The notes below the pieces were generated by a model. The model was not told the DNA's origin and did no database searches. It saw only the letters and a list, made by a program, of their open reading frames with translations. Made by a program: the position numbers and the translations under genes. From Octopus vulgaris (Eukaryota): a DNA stretch of 64,000 bases. How positions within the stretch are numbered: position 1 is the first letter of the stretch; every line of letters starts with the position of its first letter. The stretch is from contig OX597841.1 in the NCBI GenBank assembly GCA_951406725.2, positions 12,896,001 through 12,960,000 of the forward strand, given 5' to 3'. Positions 34,680 through 47,701 of this stretch are shown one piece after another.

Positions 34680-36590
34680 TCATCATCATCATCGTCGTTT
34701 AACGTCCGCTTTCCATGCTGGCATGGGTTGGACGATTTTGACGTAGGTCTGGCAAACCAGATGGCTACACCAGGCTCCAATCTGATCTGGCAGAGTTTCT
34801 ACAGCTGGATGCCCTTCCTAACGCCAACCACTCTGAGAGTGTAGTGAGTGCTTTTTACGTGACACCGGCATGGGAGCCACTCAGGTAGTACTTGCAATAA
34901 CCTCACTCGAATCTTTTTACACATGGCACAGATGCCAGTAAGGCGATGCTGGAAACGATCACGCTCGAATGGTGTCTTTTATGTGCCACTGGCACGGAGG
35001 CCAGATAGCCGCTCTGGCAATGGTCCAATATATATAAATATATTCTGGAGGCAGAGTGGCTAAATTCCTTTCAAGTGTTGGACCTCACAGAGTCCTTGAC
35101 CGAGACCTTTGGCATTATGTCCTGCTTGAGAAGAAGACCCATCAAGCCAGGCAAAATTGCAGTTGTGGCAATGGCAGTTCACACACATCCATCTACTTTT
35201 CACCCTGAGCAAGAGGCCCTTAGTTGCCAGCAGAGATAGGAGCTCCCTGAACTTTGCCACATTATTTTTATTCTAGCTGCTACACTCTCAGAGCAACCAC
35301 CCCTACTACAGACTTGGTAACCTAGGTAGCGGAAGCTATCAACTACTTTTTGTTTCTTCCCCTGGCATATGATGAAATCTGTTTTTTGTACACCTTCAGT
35401 GTTTATTCCCCCTGTGCATCTGCCACACACAAAACCTATCTTCCTGGTTAACCTTCCTTTGATATCGCTGCACCTTTTATGTGTCCATCATTTACACCAG
35501 GTACATCATATGGAGTTTCTATCCACACCTTTTCTACAGATCAAGCAGGGCCATCTACCTGGGTTTGTGATTTGACAGCCTTCCTACTTACTAAGATTGT
35601 GGTTTTTGCCAGGTTAACCCTAAGGCCTTTTGATTCTAGGCCTTGCTTCCACAACCTAAACTTTGTCTCTAGTTCTGGCTGTGACTTGGCTATTAGAGCA
35701 AGGACATCAGATTAGAGGATTTCCCAGAGGCAGCCTGTCTTGAATTCCCCTGTTATTGCCTGGAGGACTGTAATGAATGAGAGGGAGATGAGGACCGATC
35801 CTTGGTGAACCCCTACTTCTACTCGGAATTCTTCACTATACTCATTGCCAACCTTCACCTTGTACAGCTCTTACGAGGCACTCGTCTATCCCCAGTTTCC
35901 GCATTGACCACCAGATAAGGGATCAGGGGACCCTGTCAAAGGCTTTCTCCAAGTCAACAAAAGCCAAGTTCAAAGGTTTTCCTTTGGCTAGGTATTTCTC
36001 CTGCAGTTGAAATACAGCATCACTGGTGCTTCTGCCTTGCACAGAACTGAACTGCGTCTTATGTAGGCTAACTCTCTCCCTAATAAGTTGGGTTATGACC
36101 CTCTTTGTAACTTTCATCACCTGATCCAATAATTTGACACCCCTGTGGTTATTTCTATCTAAAGCATCACCTTTCCCCTTGTAGCAGTTGACTATGGTGC
36201 TGCTGCTACACCAGTCATTGGGTATGACTCCTTCATGAACTCCTTGATTTACGATGCGGGTGAGAAGAAAGTAACCCACACCACCTGATATTTTAAGCAT
36301 CCCTGTGGTGATTCCTGATGGGCCAGGTGCTTTCCCTGTCATAGTATCCTTAATTGCTTTATCTACCTGGGTACTGTCAATTCAGGTAGTTGGTCCCTCT
36401 ACTGGGTCAACCTTTGTCAGACTCTCCTCTTCCTACCATTCATTCTCCAGATTCAGCAGTCTTTCATAATGGCTTCTCCAAGCCTCTTCCTTTGCAGAAT
36501 CATTAAACACAATTGCACCATCATCCATGTGGACACATTTCTCTCCTATGGCATCACGGTTTTCTCTCACACATTGTCTTGAAATCTGAA
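34680..36590 (-). mobile_element. 5'-truncated, decayed RTE-clade LINE: RT ORF relic (~35050-36590) plus family C 3' end (~34680-35020), antisense in the microprotein intron
   Basis: GKAPGPSGITTGMLK, IPNDWC, NCYKGKGDALDRNNHRGVKLL, QGRSTSDAVF, AFVDLEKAFDRVP and VVDSFRYLG. It ends in the same (GAT)n-tailed module found free elsewhere. Confidence 0.88.
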
Positions 36591-36599
36591 ATCTTTTTT

Positions 36600-37078
36600 A
36601 TTCGTTTATTTGTTTCGATTGTTTGACTGCGGCCATACTGGAGCACCGCCTTTAGTTGAACAAATCAACCCCAGGACTTATTCTTTGTAAGCCTAGTACT
36701 TGTTCTATCGGTCTCTTTTGCTGGACAGCTAGGTTACAGGGATGTATACACACCAACATCGGTTATCAAGCGATGATTGGGGAACATATACATATATATG
36801 GATGTATATATATATATATGTGTGTGTGTGTGTGCGTGTATAAATATATATAAATATGTATGTATATATATGTGTGTACACACACACACACACACATATA
36901 TATGTATATATATACGACGGGCTTCCTTCAGTTTCCGTCTACCAAATCCACTCTGAAGGCTTTGATTGACCTGAAGCTATGGTAGAAGACACTTGCCCAG
37001 GGTGTCATGCAGTGGGACTGAACCCAGAACCATGTGGTTGGTAAGCAAGCTACTTACCACACAGCCACTCCTGCGCCT
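36600..37078 (-). mobile_element. SINE family A
   Basis: Family consensus. Confidence 0.86.
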
Positions 37079-37163
37079 ATGTTAATATTTGTGCAATATC
37101 TATGTGAGTCATTACTAAGACATGTCATAAATCTTCTCTCTCTCTCTCTTTCTCTCTTTCCAG

Positions 37164-37285
37164 CGCTCGTTAGTTACAAATTGGTGTCGAGTCTTTACCA
37201 GAAACAACAAATCAAAGATGAACGACGGAAAGCAAAACAGATGCGAAAAGACAAAGAACAGAACAAAAAACATAAAAAGCAGTAA
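37164..37285 (+). CDS. Exon 2 of the microprotein (-ALVSYKLVSSLYQKQQIKDERRKAKQMRKDKEQNKKHKKQ*)
   Basis: (TC)n polypyrimidine tract plus TTTCCAG| acceptor. The phase fits exon 1 (G+CG=Ala), completing a hydrophobic helix followed by a Lys/Arg-rich tail. Confidence 0.8.
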
Positions 37286-37299
37286 AACTATGAACCACA

Positions 37300-38260
37300 A
37301 AGAACTGTATGGGCCGCTGTGGGCCACTATATGCTACGCTGGACCACTATTGTGCACTTTGGACCACTTTGGGTAAATGTAGATCTTCATGGACCATCAC
37401 AAGGGTTTTGAATGCCTAAAATAATGACCTTAGTATGATGAAATGTGTGTGTGTGATATGGGGTGGTTTTGGTGTAGTGTGCCCCCCTGGGCTGCTGTAA
37501 ACCACTCTGGACCATTAAGGGCCATCTTGGGTGGCTGTAGATCATTATGGACTGCTACAAGTTTTATGAACACTTGAAACAATTCACCTGGGTATGATGT
37601 GTGTGTGTGAGTGTGTGTCTGATGTGAGGTTTTGGCGTATTGTGACACTCCGGTCCACTGTGGACCACCTTGCACAACTGTGGGCCATTATGGACCACCA
37701 GAAGGTTTACAAATGTCTAAAATAGTTGACTTGCATATGATGAAGTATAGTATGAAGTTTGTGTGTGGTGTGGTGATATGTATGTGTGGTTTTGTTGTAG
37801 TGTGCCAATTTGGTCCAGTGGACTACCTTGGATGAGTGTGGGCCCTTATGGACAACCACAAGGTTTATGAATGCCTAAAGTGATTAACCTGAGTACGATA
37901 AAATGTGAAGTGTGTGTGTGTTGGTATAAGGTTTTGGTGTATTGTGACACTGGTCCATTGTGGACCACCTTGCACAAATGTGGGTCGTTAAGGAAAACCA
38001 CAAGGTTTATGACAACCTAAAATATATGACCTAATTATGAAGAAATAAAGTAAGTGTGTGTGTGTGTGTGTAAAATGTGGTTTACGTGTAGTGACACTCT
38101 GGGCCATCAGGGACCATCATGGAGGGCAGCCACTGGCCCTTATGGATACCACAAGATTTTTGAACTCTTAAGATAATGAACTGACTACAATGAAATGTAA
38201 AGTGTGTGTGTGTTGTGATGTCCATTTTGTAATAAGCGCCCAGTGGACATTCGATGTTGT
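37300..38260. repeat. Diverged ~150-bp tandem repeat, about 6 units, with a ~300-bp dimer period
   Basis: A(C/G)AAG anchors at 37399, 37557, 37700, 37858, 38000 and 38151 (spacings 158, 143, 158, 142, 151). Confidence 0.8.
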
Positions 38261-39473
38261 GTGTGTGTGTGTGGTGGGTGGTGAGGAAACTTATCGTTGG
38301 ATGCAGCGAATGTGTGATGATGTGCAACAATGGTTTTTATTTTAAAGAAGATTGAGGGGGAAGGGATAGTGGTGGCGACACTGGTAGTGTTGGAGTGATA
38401 TGTGGTGGTTGGCAGGGATGGATGGTCAGGTTGTTACATCTTGTCCAGGTTTTAATTTCAATCTCAATCCCACATAGGTAAGAGCAGACCTGCAATACAA
38501 GACGTTCCAGCTGTGACCATCCTGTCCTATTTGGGGTGGTGGTGGTGGTGGTAGCAATACACCTTCGACTACATTGACCTGTGTTCTAGCTTTGGTGTAA
38601 TTTGACTGCTATTTCAAACATCTGCTAGAAATAGCAGCCAGTGGATAGCGGATGGTAGTGATGTTGATAAGGGGGAGAAGGTGACTCCCAAACCCCCACT
38701 TGTCTACCCCCGACCCCCCCACTTCATCTTTCTCTGTGAATTAACAAATGTTGTTATTGTTTTTTTTGTTATTTATTTTTTTTGTTTTACTTATCTTTCT
38801 TTCTGTTGTAAGTCTACTACTGCTGCTACTACTACTACCATTACCACTACTACTTCATCCCCACTCCCCCTCCCCCTCCTCCTCCTATTTTCCCTACTAC
38901 TGCTGCTGCTGATACTTGTACTACAAAAAACCCCACCCCCATCTCTACCACCCCAACATCTTTATTGCTGCTGCTGTGGCTACTACTACTACAACCACCA
39001 CCACCACCACCACCACCATTACCATGGTTGTTACCAAGGTAACTACGGTCCATCATCATGGCTACTATTAATCTTTTTCACCAAATTTTTTTCCTTTATA
39101 ATTCCTAGTTCAAATATTGCTGGGAGAAAACCCTGCTTTATCTCCCCTCCTGGGCCAAGTACCAGGCATAAGTACCAGTAATAAATGTGTTGTGAAAGGA
39201 ATCGCCCCCTAAAGAAACCTGCGCCCCCTAAAAAAAATTTATGTAAGTCTCTATGTGATTGCTGCTGTGACCTTCCTAGAAATAGCAGCCAAATTTCTCT
39301 CAAAGCACACAATGACCAGAATGTCAAAAGAAGGATATAATGCATATTGTACTCTGAAATGAACCATATCTGAAAAGATAGGATGGGCATGGCTGGAATG
39401 TATTTGGTCACAGGCCTGCCCAATCAGGGCTCATATTATTATTATTATCATTATTATTATTATTATTATTATT

Positions 39474-40320
39474 AAGGCAGTGACCTGGCAGAATTGTTAG
39501 CACACTGGATGAAATGCGAGCTGGCAGAATCGTTAGCACGTCGGGCGAAATGCTTAGCGGTATTCCGGCTGCCGTTATGTTGTGAGTTCAAATTCTGCCG
39601 AGGTCGACTTTGCCTTTCATCCTTTCAGGGTCGATAAATTAAGTACCAGTTAAACACTGGGGTCGATATAATCGACTTAATACCTATGTCTGTCCATGTT
39701 TGTCCCCTCTATGTTTTGCCCCTTGTGGGTAATAAAGAAATAGGTATTTCGTCTGTCTTTACATTCTGAGTTCAAATTCTACTGAGGTCGACTTTGCCTT
39801 TCATCCTTTCAGGGTCGATAAATTAAGTACCAGTTGCATTCTAGGGTTGATGTAATAGACTATTCCCCTCCCCCACCCGAATTTCAGGCCTTGTGCCTAT
39901 AGTAGAAAGGATTATTATTATTATTCTTAAGTGGTTGAGCTGGCAGAATTCTTAGCATGCTGGGCAAAATGGTAAGCAACATTTTGTCCATTGCTGCTAC
40001 GTTCTGAGTTCAAATTCCACCGAGGTCAACTCTGCCTTCATCCTCTCAGAGTTGATACACTGGGGGTCACTGTACTCGACTAGCCCCCCACCCCCTCCTC
40101 CCCCCAATTTTAGGCCTTGCGCCTTTAGTAGAAAGGATTATTAAGGCAGCAGGCTGGCAGAATCGTTAGCAACGGGCCAAAATGCTTAGCAACATCTCAT
40201 CCATCGCTACATTCTGAGTTCACATTCAAATGAGTACCAGTCATGCACTGGGGGTCTGTTATAGATTTGCACCCTCCTACGAAATTTCAGGCCTTGTGCC
40301 TAAAGTAGAAAGGATTGTTA
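39474..40320 (+). mobile_element. Head-to-tail cluster of about 4 SINE family B units separated by (ATT)n
   Basis: Repeated CTGGCAGAAT.GTTAGCA heads, GAGTTCAAATTC and GGCCTTGTGCCT..AGTAGAAAGGATT tails. Confidence 0.8.
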
Positions 40321-40351
40321 TTATTAATATTATTATTATTATTATTATCAC

Positions 40352-40402
<51 letters not shown>

Positions 40403-40639
40403 ACCACTTTGATGTGGTTACATGATGACAGGGAGAAAAACCCAACAATATATATAAGAAAAATATATTTTAAGAAAGAAAAGAAATATATAAAAAGTTG
40501 ATTGTAATTGGTGAGTGCTGAATATCAAAAACTGCGTTTATACGCATATTTACATACTTATATACACACGACACCCACACACACACATACACACATATAC
40601 ATACTTACATATGCAAACTTACATATGCATGAATGCAAA

Positions 40640-41135
<496 letters not shown>

Positions 41136-41348
41136 GTGAAAATTTCCAGAGCACCAAACAGCTAAATGATTTTGATGAAGGTTTAAGAAATACCAAATAT
41201 ATTTGATAAAATTCCACAGAAAATTTAAAACGTTTAAAGGTTTAAAGAATATCTCTTACAAAAAGGAGGGGGTTACAAGATATGAATCAAAGACAGTTGA
41301 TGTTTAAGGGGTATGGAGCACATTTGGGTTGGGGGTAGGGGAGATTTA

Positions 41349-41389
<41 letters not shown>

Positions 41390-41476
41390 TATACATATAC
41401 ACACATATATGGAAGTTATATGGTGGTGCTGAGTCCTGTTGGGTATTTATATACTAAATATTGGTATGTGTGTATG

Positions 41477-41514
<38 letters not shown>

Positions 41515-42429
41515 CATGTGTATATACATACACACAAATATGCATATCTATACATACATATATATATATGCACATAAACATACATACATGTGTATGTGAA
41601 CGTACACACACACACATATATATGCATACACATATATACTTACACACACACACACACACATATATATATGGCTTATGTCAGACAGATGAGAGAGGAGTAT
41701 TCAATACATGTTTAAAAAATTTTTTTTTCTGTTTTGTTTGTTTTTGAGGCTGAAACTGAAAGTTCTCGCCTGTAGATGGCTACACCATGAAACTTGAACC
41801 ATGAGGCAAACTCCTACCTTCAGTTTCAATAAAAAGAAACAAACTAACATACACACAAACATACATATGCATATACACACATATGCACACACATATGTAT
41901 ATATATATATCTACACTTATACATATCGATGCATATACACACTTATAAATATCTATGCATATGCAGACACACACATATATATAAACACACATGCACACAT
42001 TACCTAACAGCTAAAATAAATTATATATACAAACTTCACTTTTGTTTGTGTTTTTTTAATTAGATATTTGTTTTTTTTTATATCCACCATTATTATGGGA
42101 AAACTGTATCTGACTCATCCACTGTTCACTTTCCAGACATTTCTACATTACTGCATATTCTTTATACGCACTTTTGACAAGTTGTGGTGCACCTGAGCAC
42201 TGTATACAATAATCTCATTATTATATTATTTAAAGTGGATTGCAATGTAATTCGAGTTGGCCAGGCCTGGTACAGAGGGACAGCGACAGGTGACGTGCCG
42301 TGGAATAGACACATTTATACCCAAATCAGCAAAGACAAGCCAACGGTGTACTTTCATATGTTTTCAACAAGTTTACAAGAGCTTTCTTACTAAACATAAA
42401 ACTTCTACTCCAACACCAACGTCGCCCTT

Positions 42430-42712
42430 TTCCAGTCTAGCCAGGTTCATGGGCTTGGTTTCCCGGTTTCTGTGGCGTATGTGTTCCCCCCAGCTGGACG
42501 GGACGCCAGTCCATCGCAGCGTTACTCAAGAAACAGGAAGAGAGAGAGTGAGAGAAGGTTGTGGCGAAAGAGTACAACAGGGGTCGCCACCAGCCCCTGC
42601 CGGAGCCTCGTGGAGCTTTTAGGTGTTTTCGCTCAATAAATATAGACAACGCCCGGTCTGGGAATCGAACCCGCGAATCCTCTGCTCTAAACACTGGGCC
42701 ACTGCGCCTCCA
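42430..42712 (-). mobile_element. tRNA-derived SINE (family E); related copy at ~43565-43873
   Basis: Minus strand GGAGGCGCAGTGGCCCAGTG...GGTTCGATTCCCAGACCGGGCGTTGT, shared with the 43565-43873 copy. Confidence 0.78.
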
Positions 42713-42914
42713 CTCCAACACCAACACCAGCATGTAATGCGAGTTGGCCAGGTCTGACGTAAACGAATCGCGTCGCGGTAAGAGTTGTCTCCCCTGTTTC
42801 TTCAGGGGAGACAACTCGTGTGGTGACAATGTGCGAAACGTTAATCTTCCGTCCTCGAGTTTGAACCTTGTACACTTGCTAGAAAGACACACATCGGTTA
42901 TTCTGTTCTGCTCT

Positions 42915-43050
42915 AGGCACAAGGACAGAAATTTTGGGGAGGGGGCCAGTCGATTAAACCGACCCTTGTACGCAACTGGTACTTAGTTTACCAACCCCGA
43001 AAGGATGAAAGGCAAAGTCGACCTCGGCGGAATTTGAACTCAGAACGTAG
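42915..43050 (-). mobile_element. SINE family B fragment
   Basis: GAAAGGATGAAAGGCAAAGTCGACCTCGGCGGAATTTGAACTC on the + strand. Confidence 0.78.
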
Positions 43051-43564
43051 GGTCTGCCGCACTCATCGGACTGGAAATCACACCCCAGAGAGGTGTGCGA
43101 ACGGCAGACTCTGCATTTATCCGTTGAGGGCTTATATGCGCCAAGATACAGACTATTTGCTTCAGTCAATGCACAGTGATCGCTTGCAAACTTTCAGCTT
43201 ATAAAATATTATAATTTACAGAAATGTAAAATCGGCGCAGATTACCAAATAATTGTAAACCCATATATTTATATACATAACTATATCTGTATATACACAC
43301 ACACATATATATAAATACATATATACATATTTAAGTATATAATTATAAATATATAGTCATAATTAAGGACGCTGCAGGGACAAAGCCAACACTATAGAAG
43401 TAGATGTCAAAGGTAGACATTTGACATCTACTTCTAGCATATTTGCGTCCGTAATTATAATAATATATTCATAATTATACGCTTGAATATTAATGGTACC
43501 GATATGGTGGGGTTTGTTCTTTACGCTGGCCTCTGGTATAATCCTTTTAACGATTATATCCTCA

Positions 43565-43873
43565 ATATCACGTGATCACGTGACCGACCAGTCCATCAGA
43601 TCTAGTTACACATCGCTGGTCACAATGCGTTCGCATTGTTTTAGCCTTCAAATGACGCCACCCCACTGGCTAAGCGAGCAGGCCAACAGAAGAAAGAGTG
43701 GGAGAAAGAATGGTGAAAGAGTACAGCAGGGATCGCCACCAACCCTGCCGGAGCCTTTGGGAGCGTCTTAGGTGCTTTCGCTCAATAAACACTCACAACG
43801 CCCGGTCTGGGAATCGAAACCACGTTCCTACAACCGCGAGTCCACTGCCCTAACCACTGGGCCATTGCGCCTC
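43565..43873 (-). mobile_element. tRNA-derived SINE (family E)
   Basis: Minus strand GAGGCGCAATGGCCCAGTGGTTAG A box and TTCGATTCCC B box. Confidence 0.78.
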
Positions 43874-44261
43874 TATATCGTCAATATGTAAGCATCTATA
43901 TTGCTATGATTGGACGCGTTCCGATAAGGGACATAACTCGGATCAACTTACGTGAACGATCTAATGTCAAGGGACATAATTCGGGTGAGTCATGGTCCAG
44001 TGACCCGGATTGCGAGAGGATTAGGAGGAGGAGAGGAAGGGGGAACTACGGTGTCCTGCGACGACGGTAGGGAGTTGGTTTGTGGTCGCTTGATTTCCTA
44101 GAAAGAGCAGTCAATTCTACTCTTATATGTCGCTCTGCAGTTTTAAAACGTGACGCAGTGGATAATGTAGTGCAGCTTTCGTTGAAGGAAGAACACCGGA
44201 TGGTCATGGTTGGAATGACAGCGGCAAAAATAAACGCAAACTATATCACAGGAGTTATTAC

Positions 44262-46162
44262 ATGTATGTATGTGTGTATGTATGAATGTATGTATGAATG
44301 TATGTATGTGTGAATGTATGTATGTGTGAATGTATGAATGTATGAATGTATGTGTGAATGTATGTGTGAATGTATGTATGTATATATAAATGTATGTATA
44401 AATGTAAGAATGTATGTATGTGTGTGTATGTATTTATGAATGTATGTATGTATGTATATATGTACGCATGAATGTATATATGTATGCATGCATGTATGTA
44501 TGAATGAATGTATGTATTTATGTATGTGTATATGTATGTATGTATGTATGTATGAATGAATGTATGTATGTAGGTATGTATGTATGCATGCATATATGTA
44601 TGTATATATGTATGTGTGTATGAATGATGTGTGTATGTATGAATATATTTGTGTGTGTGTGTAAGTAAGTATGTATGGATGTATGAATGTAAATATGTAA
44701 GTATGTATGTATCAAAGTATATATGTATGAATGTATGTATACATGTATGTATGCATGTATGTATGTGCGTATGTATGTATGTATGTACGTTGGTATGTAT
44801 GCATGCATGTATGTATCAATGTATTTATGTATGTATGTATGAATGTATGTATGCATATATATGTATGTATGTGTGATGTATGTATGTATGAATGTATGTA
44901 TGTATGCATGTATGTATGTTTATATGTATATATGTATGTATGAATGTATGCATGTATGTATGTATACATGTATGTATGAATGTATATATATATGTATGTA
45001 TGTATAAATGTATGTATGTATATATGTATGTATGTATATATGTATGTATGTATGTATATATAAATATATGTATGTATCTATGAATGTATGTATGTATGTA
45101 TGTATGAATGTATGTATGTAGGTATGTATGAATGTATGTATCTATAAATATATGTATGCATGTATGAATGTATGTATGTGTGTATGTGTGTATGTGTGTA
45201 TGTATGTATGTATATATGTATGTATGTATGTGTGTGTACGTATGTATATATGATTGTATGTATGTATGTATGTATGAATGAATGAATGTATGTTTGTATG
45301 TATGTATGCATGTGTGTAGGTATTCATCAATGTATGTATGAATGTAAATATGTATGTATGTGTGTATATAAGTTTAAATGTATATATGTATGTATGTACG
45401 TATGTATGTATGTGTGAATGTATGAATGTATGTATGTATGCATGTATGTATGAATGTATGCATGTATGTATGAATGTATGTATGTATGTATGTATGAATG
45501 CATGTATGTATGAATGTATGTATGTATGTATGTATGTATGTATGAATGTATGTATGTATCAATGAATGTATGTATGTGTGAATGTATTTATGCATGTGTG
45601 AATGTATGAATGTATGTATGTAAGAATGTATGTATGTATGTGTGAATGTATGTATGTATGTATGTATATATGTATGTATGTATGAATGTATGTATGAATA
45701 TATGCATGTATGTATGTATGAATGTATGTATGTATGTATGAACGTATGTATGTATAAATGTATGTATGTATGTATGTATGTATGTATGTATGTATGTATG
45801 CATGCATGCATGTATGTATGTATGTATGTGTGTGTGTCTGTATGTATGAATGTATGTATGTATGAATGTATGTATGTATGAATGTATGTATGAATGTATG
45901 TATGTATGTATGCATGCATGCATGCATGTATGTATGTATGTGTGAATGTATGAATGTATGTATGTATGAATGAATATATGTATGTATGTATGTATGTATA
46001 TATGTATGTATGTATGAATGTATATATATGCATGAATGTATGTATGTATTTATGAATGTATGTATTGATGTATGCATATATGTACGTATGAATGTATATA
46101 TGTATGTATGTATATATGTATGTATGCTTGTAAGTATGTATGAATGAATGTATGTATGTATA

Positions 46163-46194
<32 letters not shown>

Positions 46195-46330
46195 AGAATG
46201 TGTGTATGTATGTATGAATGAATGAATGTATGTATGACTATGTGTGTGTGTGTGTGTGTAAAAAAATATGTATATATGTATGTATGTATGTGTGTGTGTA
46301 TGTATGTATGAATGTATCTATGTATGTATG

Positions 46331-46361
<31 letters not shown>

Positions 46362-46603
46362 TGTATGTATGTATGTATGTATGTATGTATGTATGTATGT
46401 ATGTGTGTATGTATGTATGTATGTGTGTATGTATGTATGTATGTATGTGTGTATGTATGTATGTATGTATGTATGGATGTATGAATGTAAATAAGTAAGT
46501 ATGTATGTATAAAAGTATACATGTATGAATGTATGTATGTACGTTTGTATGTATGCATGCATGAATGTATCAATGTATTTATGTATATATGGATGTATGT
46601 ATG

Positions 46604-46634
<31 letters not shown>

Positions 46635-47701
46635 GTATATATGTAGGTATGTATGTATGTATGAGTGTGTGTATGTGTGTATCCATGTATGAATGTATTT
46701 ATGTATGAATGTATATATGTATGTTTGAACGTATGTATGTGTGTGTATGTATGTATGTATGTATGTATGTATGTATGTATGTATGTATGTATGAAGGAAT
46801 GTATGTATGTTTGTGTGTATGTATGTATGCATGCATGCATGTATGTATGTGTGTATGTGCGTATGTATGTATTAAGGTATGTATGAATATTTGCATGTAT
46901 ATATATATGCATGTATGTGTGTATTTATGAATGTATGAGTGTATGTTTGTGTGTATGTATGGATGGATGGATGTATGCATGTATATATGAATGCATGCAT
47001 GTATGTATGTAAGTTTGTATGTATGTATGTATGCATGTATGTATGCATGATTGTATATATGTATGTATGTATGTATGCATAAATGTATGTATTTATGTAT
47101 GTATGTATGAATGTATGTATGTGTGTATGTATGTATGTATGTATGTATGTATGTATGTATGTATGTATGTATGTATGTATGTATGCATGAATGTATAAGT
47201 GTATGTATGTATGCATACATGTATGTATGCATGCATGTATGTATGAATGTATGTATGTATGTATGCACGTATGTATGCATGTATGTGTGAATGTGTGTAT
47301 GATCGTATATATGTATGTATGTATAAATATATATATATATATGTATGTACCTGTATATGTATGCATGCATGTGTGTATGTATTTATGTATCAATGTATGT
47401 ATGTGTGTATATATGCATGCATGTATGTATGTATGTATGAATGTATGTATGTATGTATGTATGTATGTATGCATGCATGCATATAAACATGCATGCATAT
47501 ATGTGTGTATTTATGTATGCATGTATGAAGGTATGTATGTATGTGTGTATGTAAGTATGCATGAATATATGCATATATGTATGTATGTATGAATGAATGT
47601 ATCTATGCATGTATGTATATATTAACGTATATATGTATGTATGAATATTTGTATGTATGTTTGGCTGTGTGAATGTATGTATGAATGTATATATGCATGT
47701 A
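44262..47701 (-). repeat. Tetranucleotide satellite, left arm: (TATG/AATG/TGTG)n, degenerate
   Basis: About 3.4 kb of TATG-dominated repeat; it is the reverse complement of the right-arm motifs. Confidence 0.97.
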
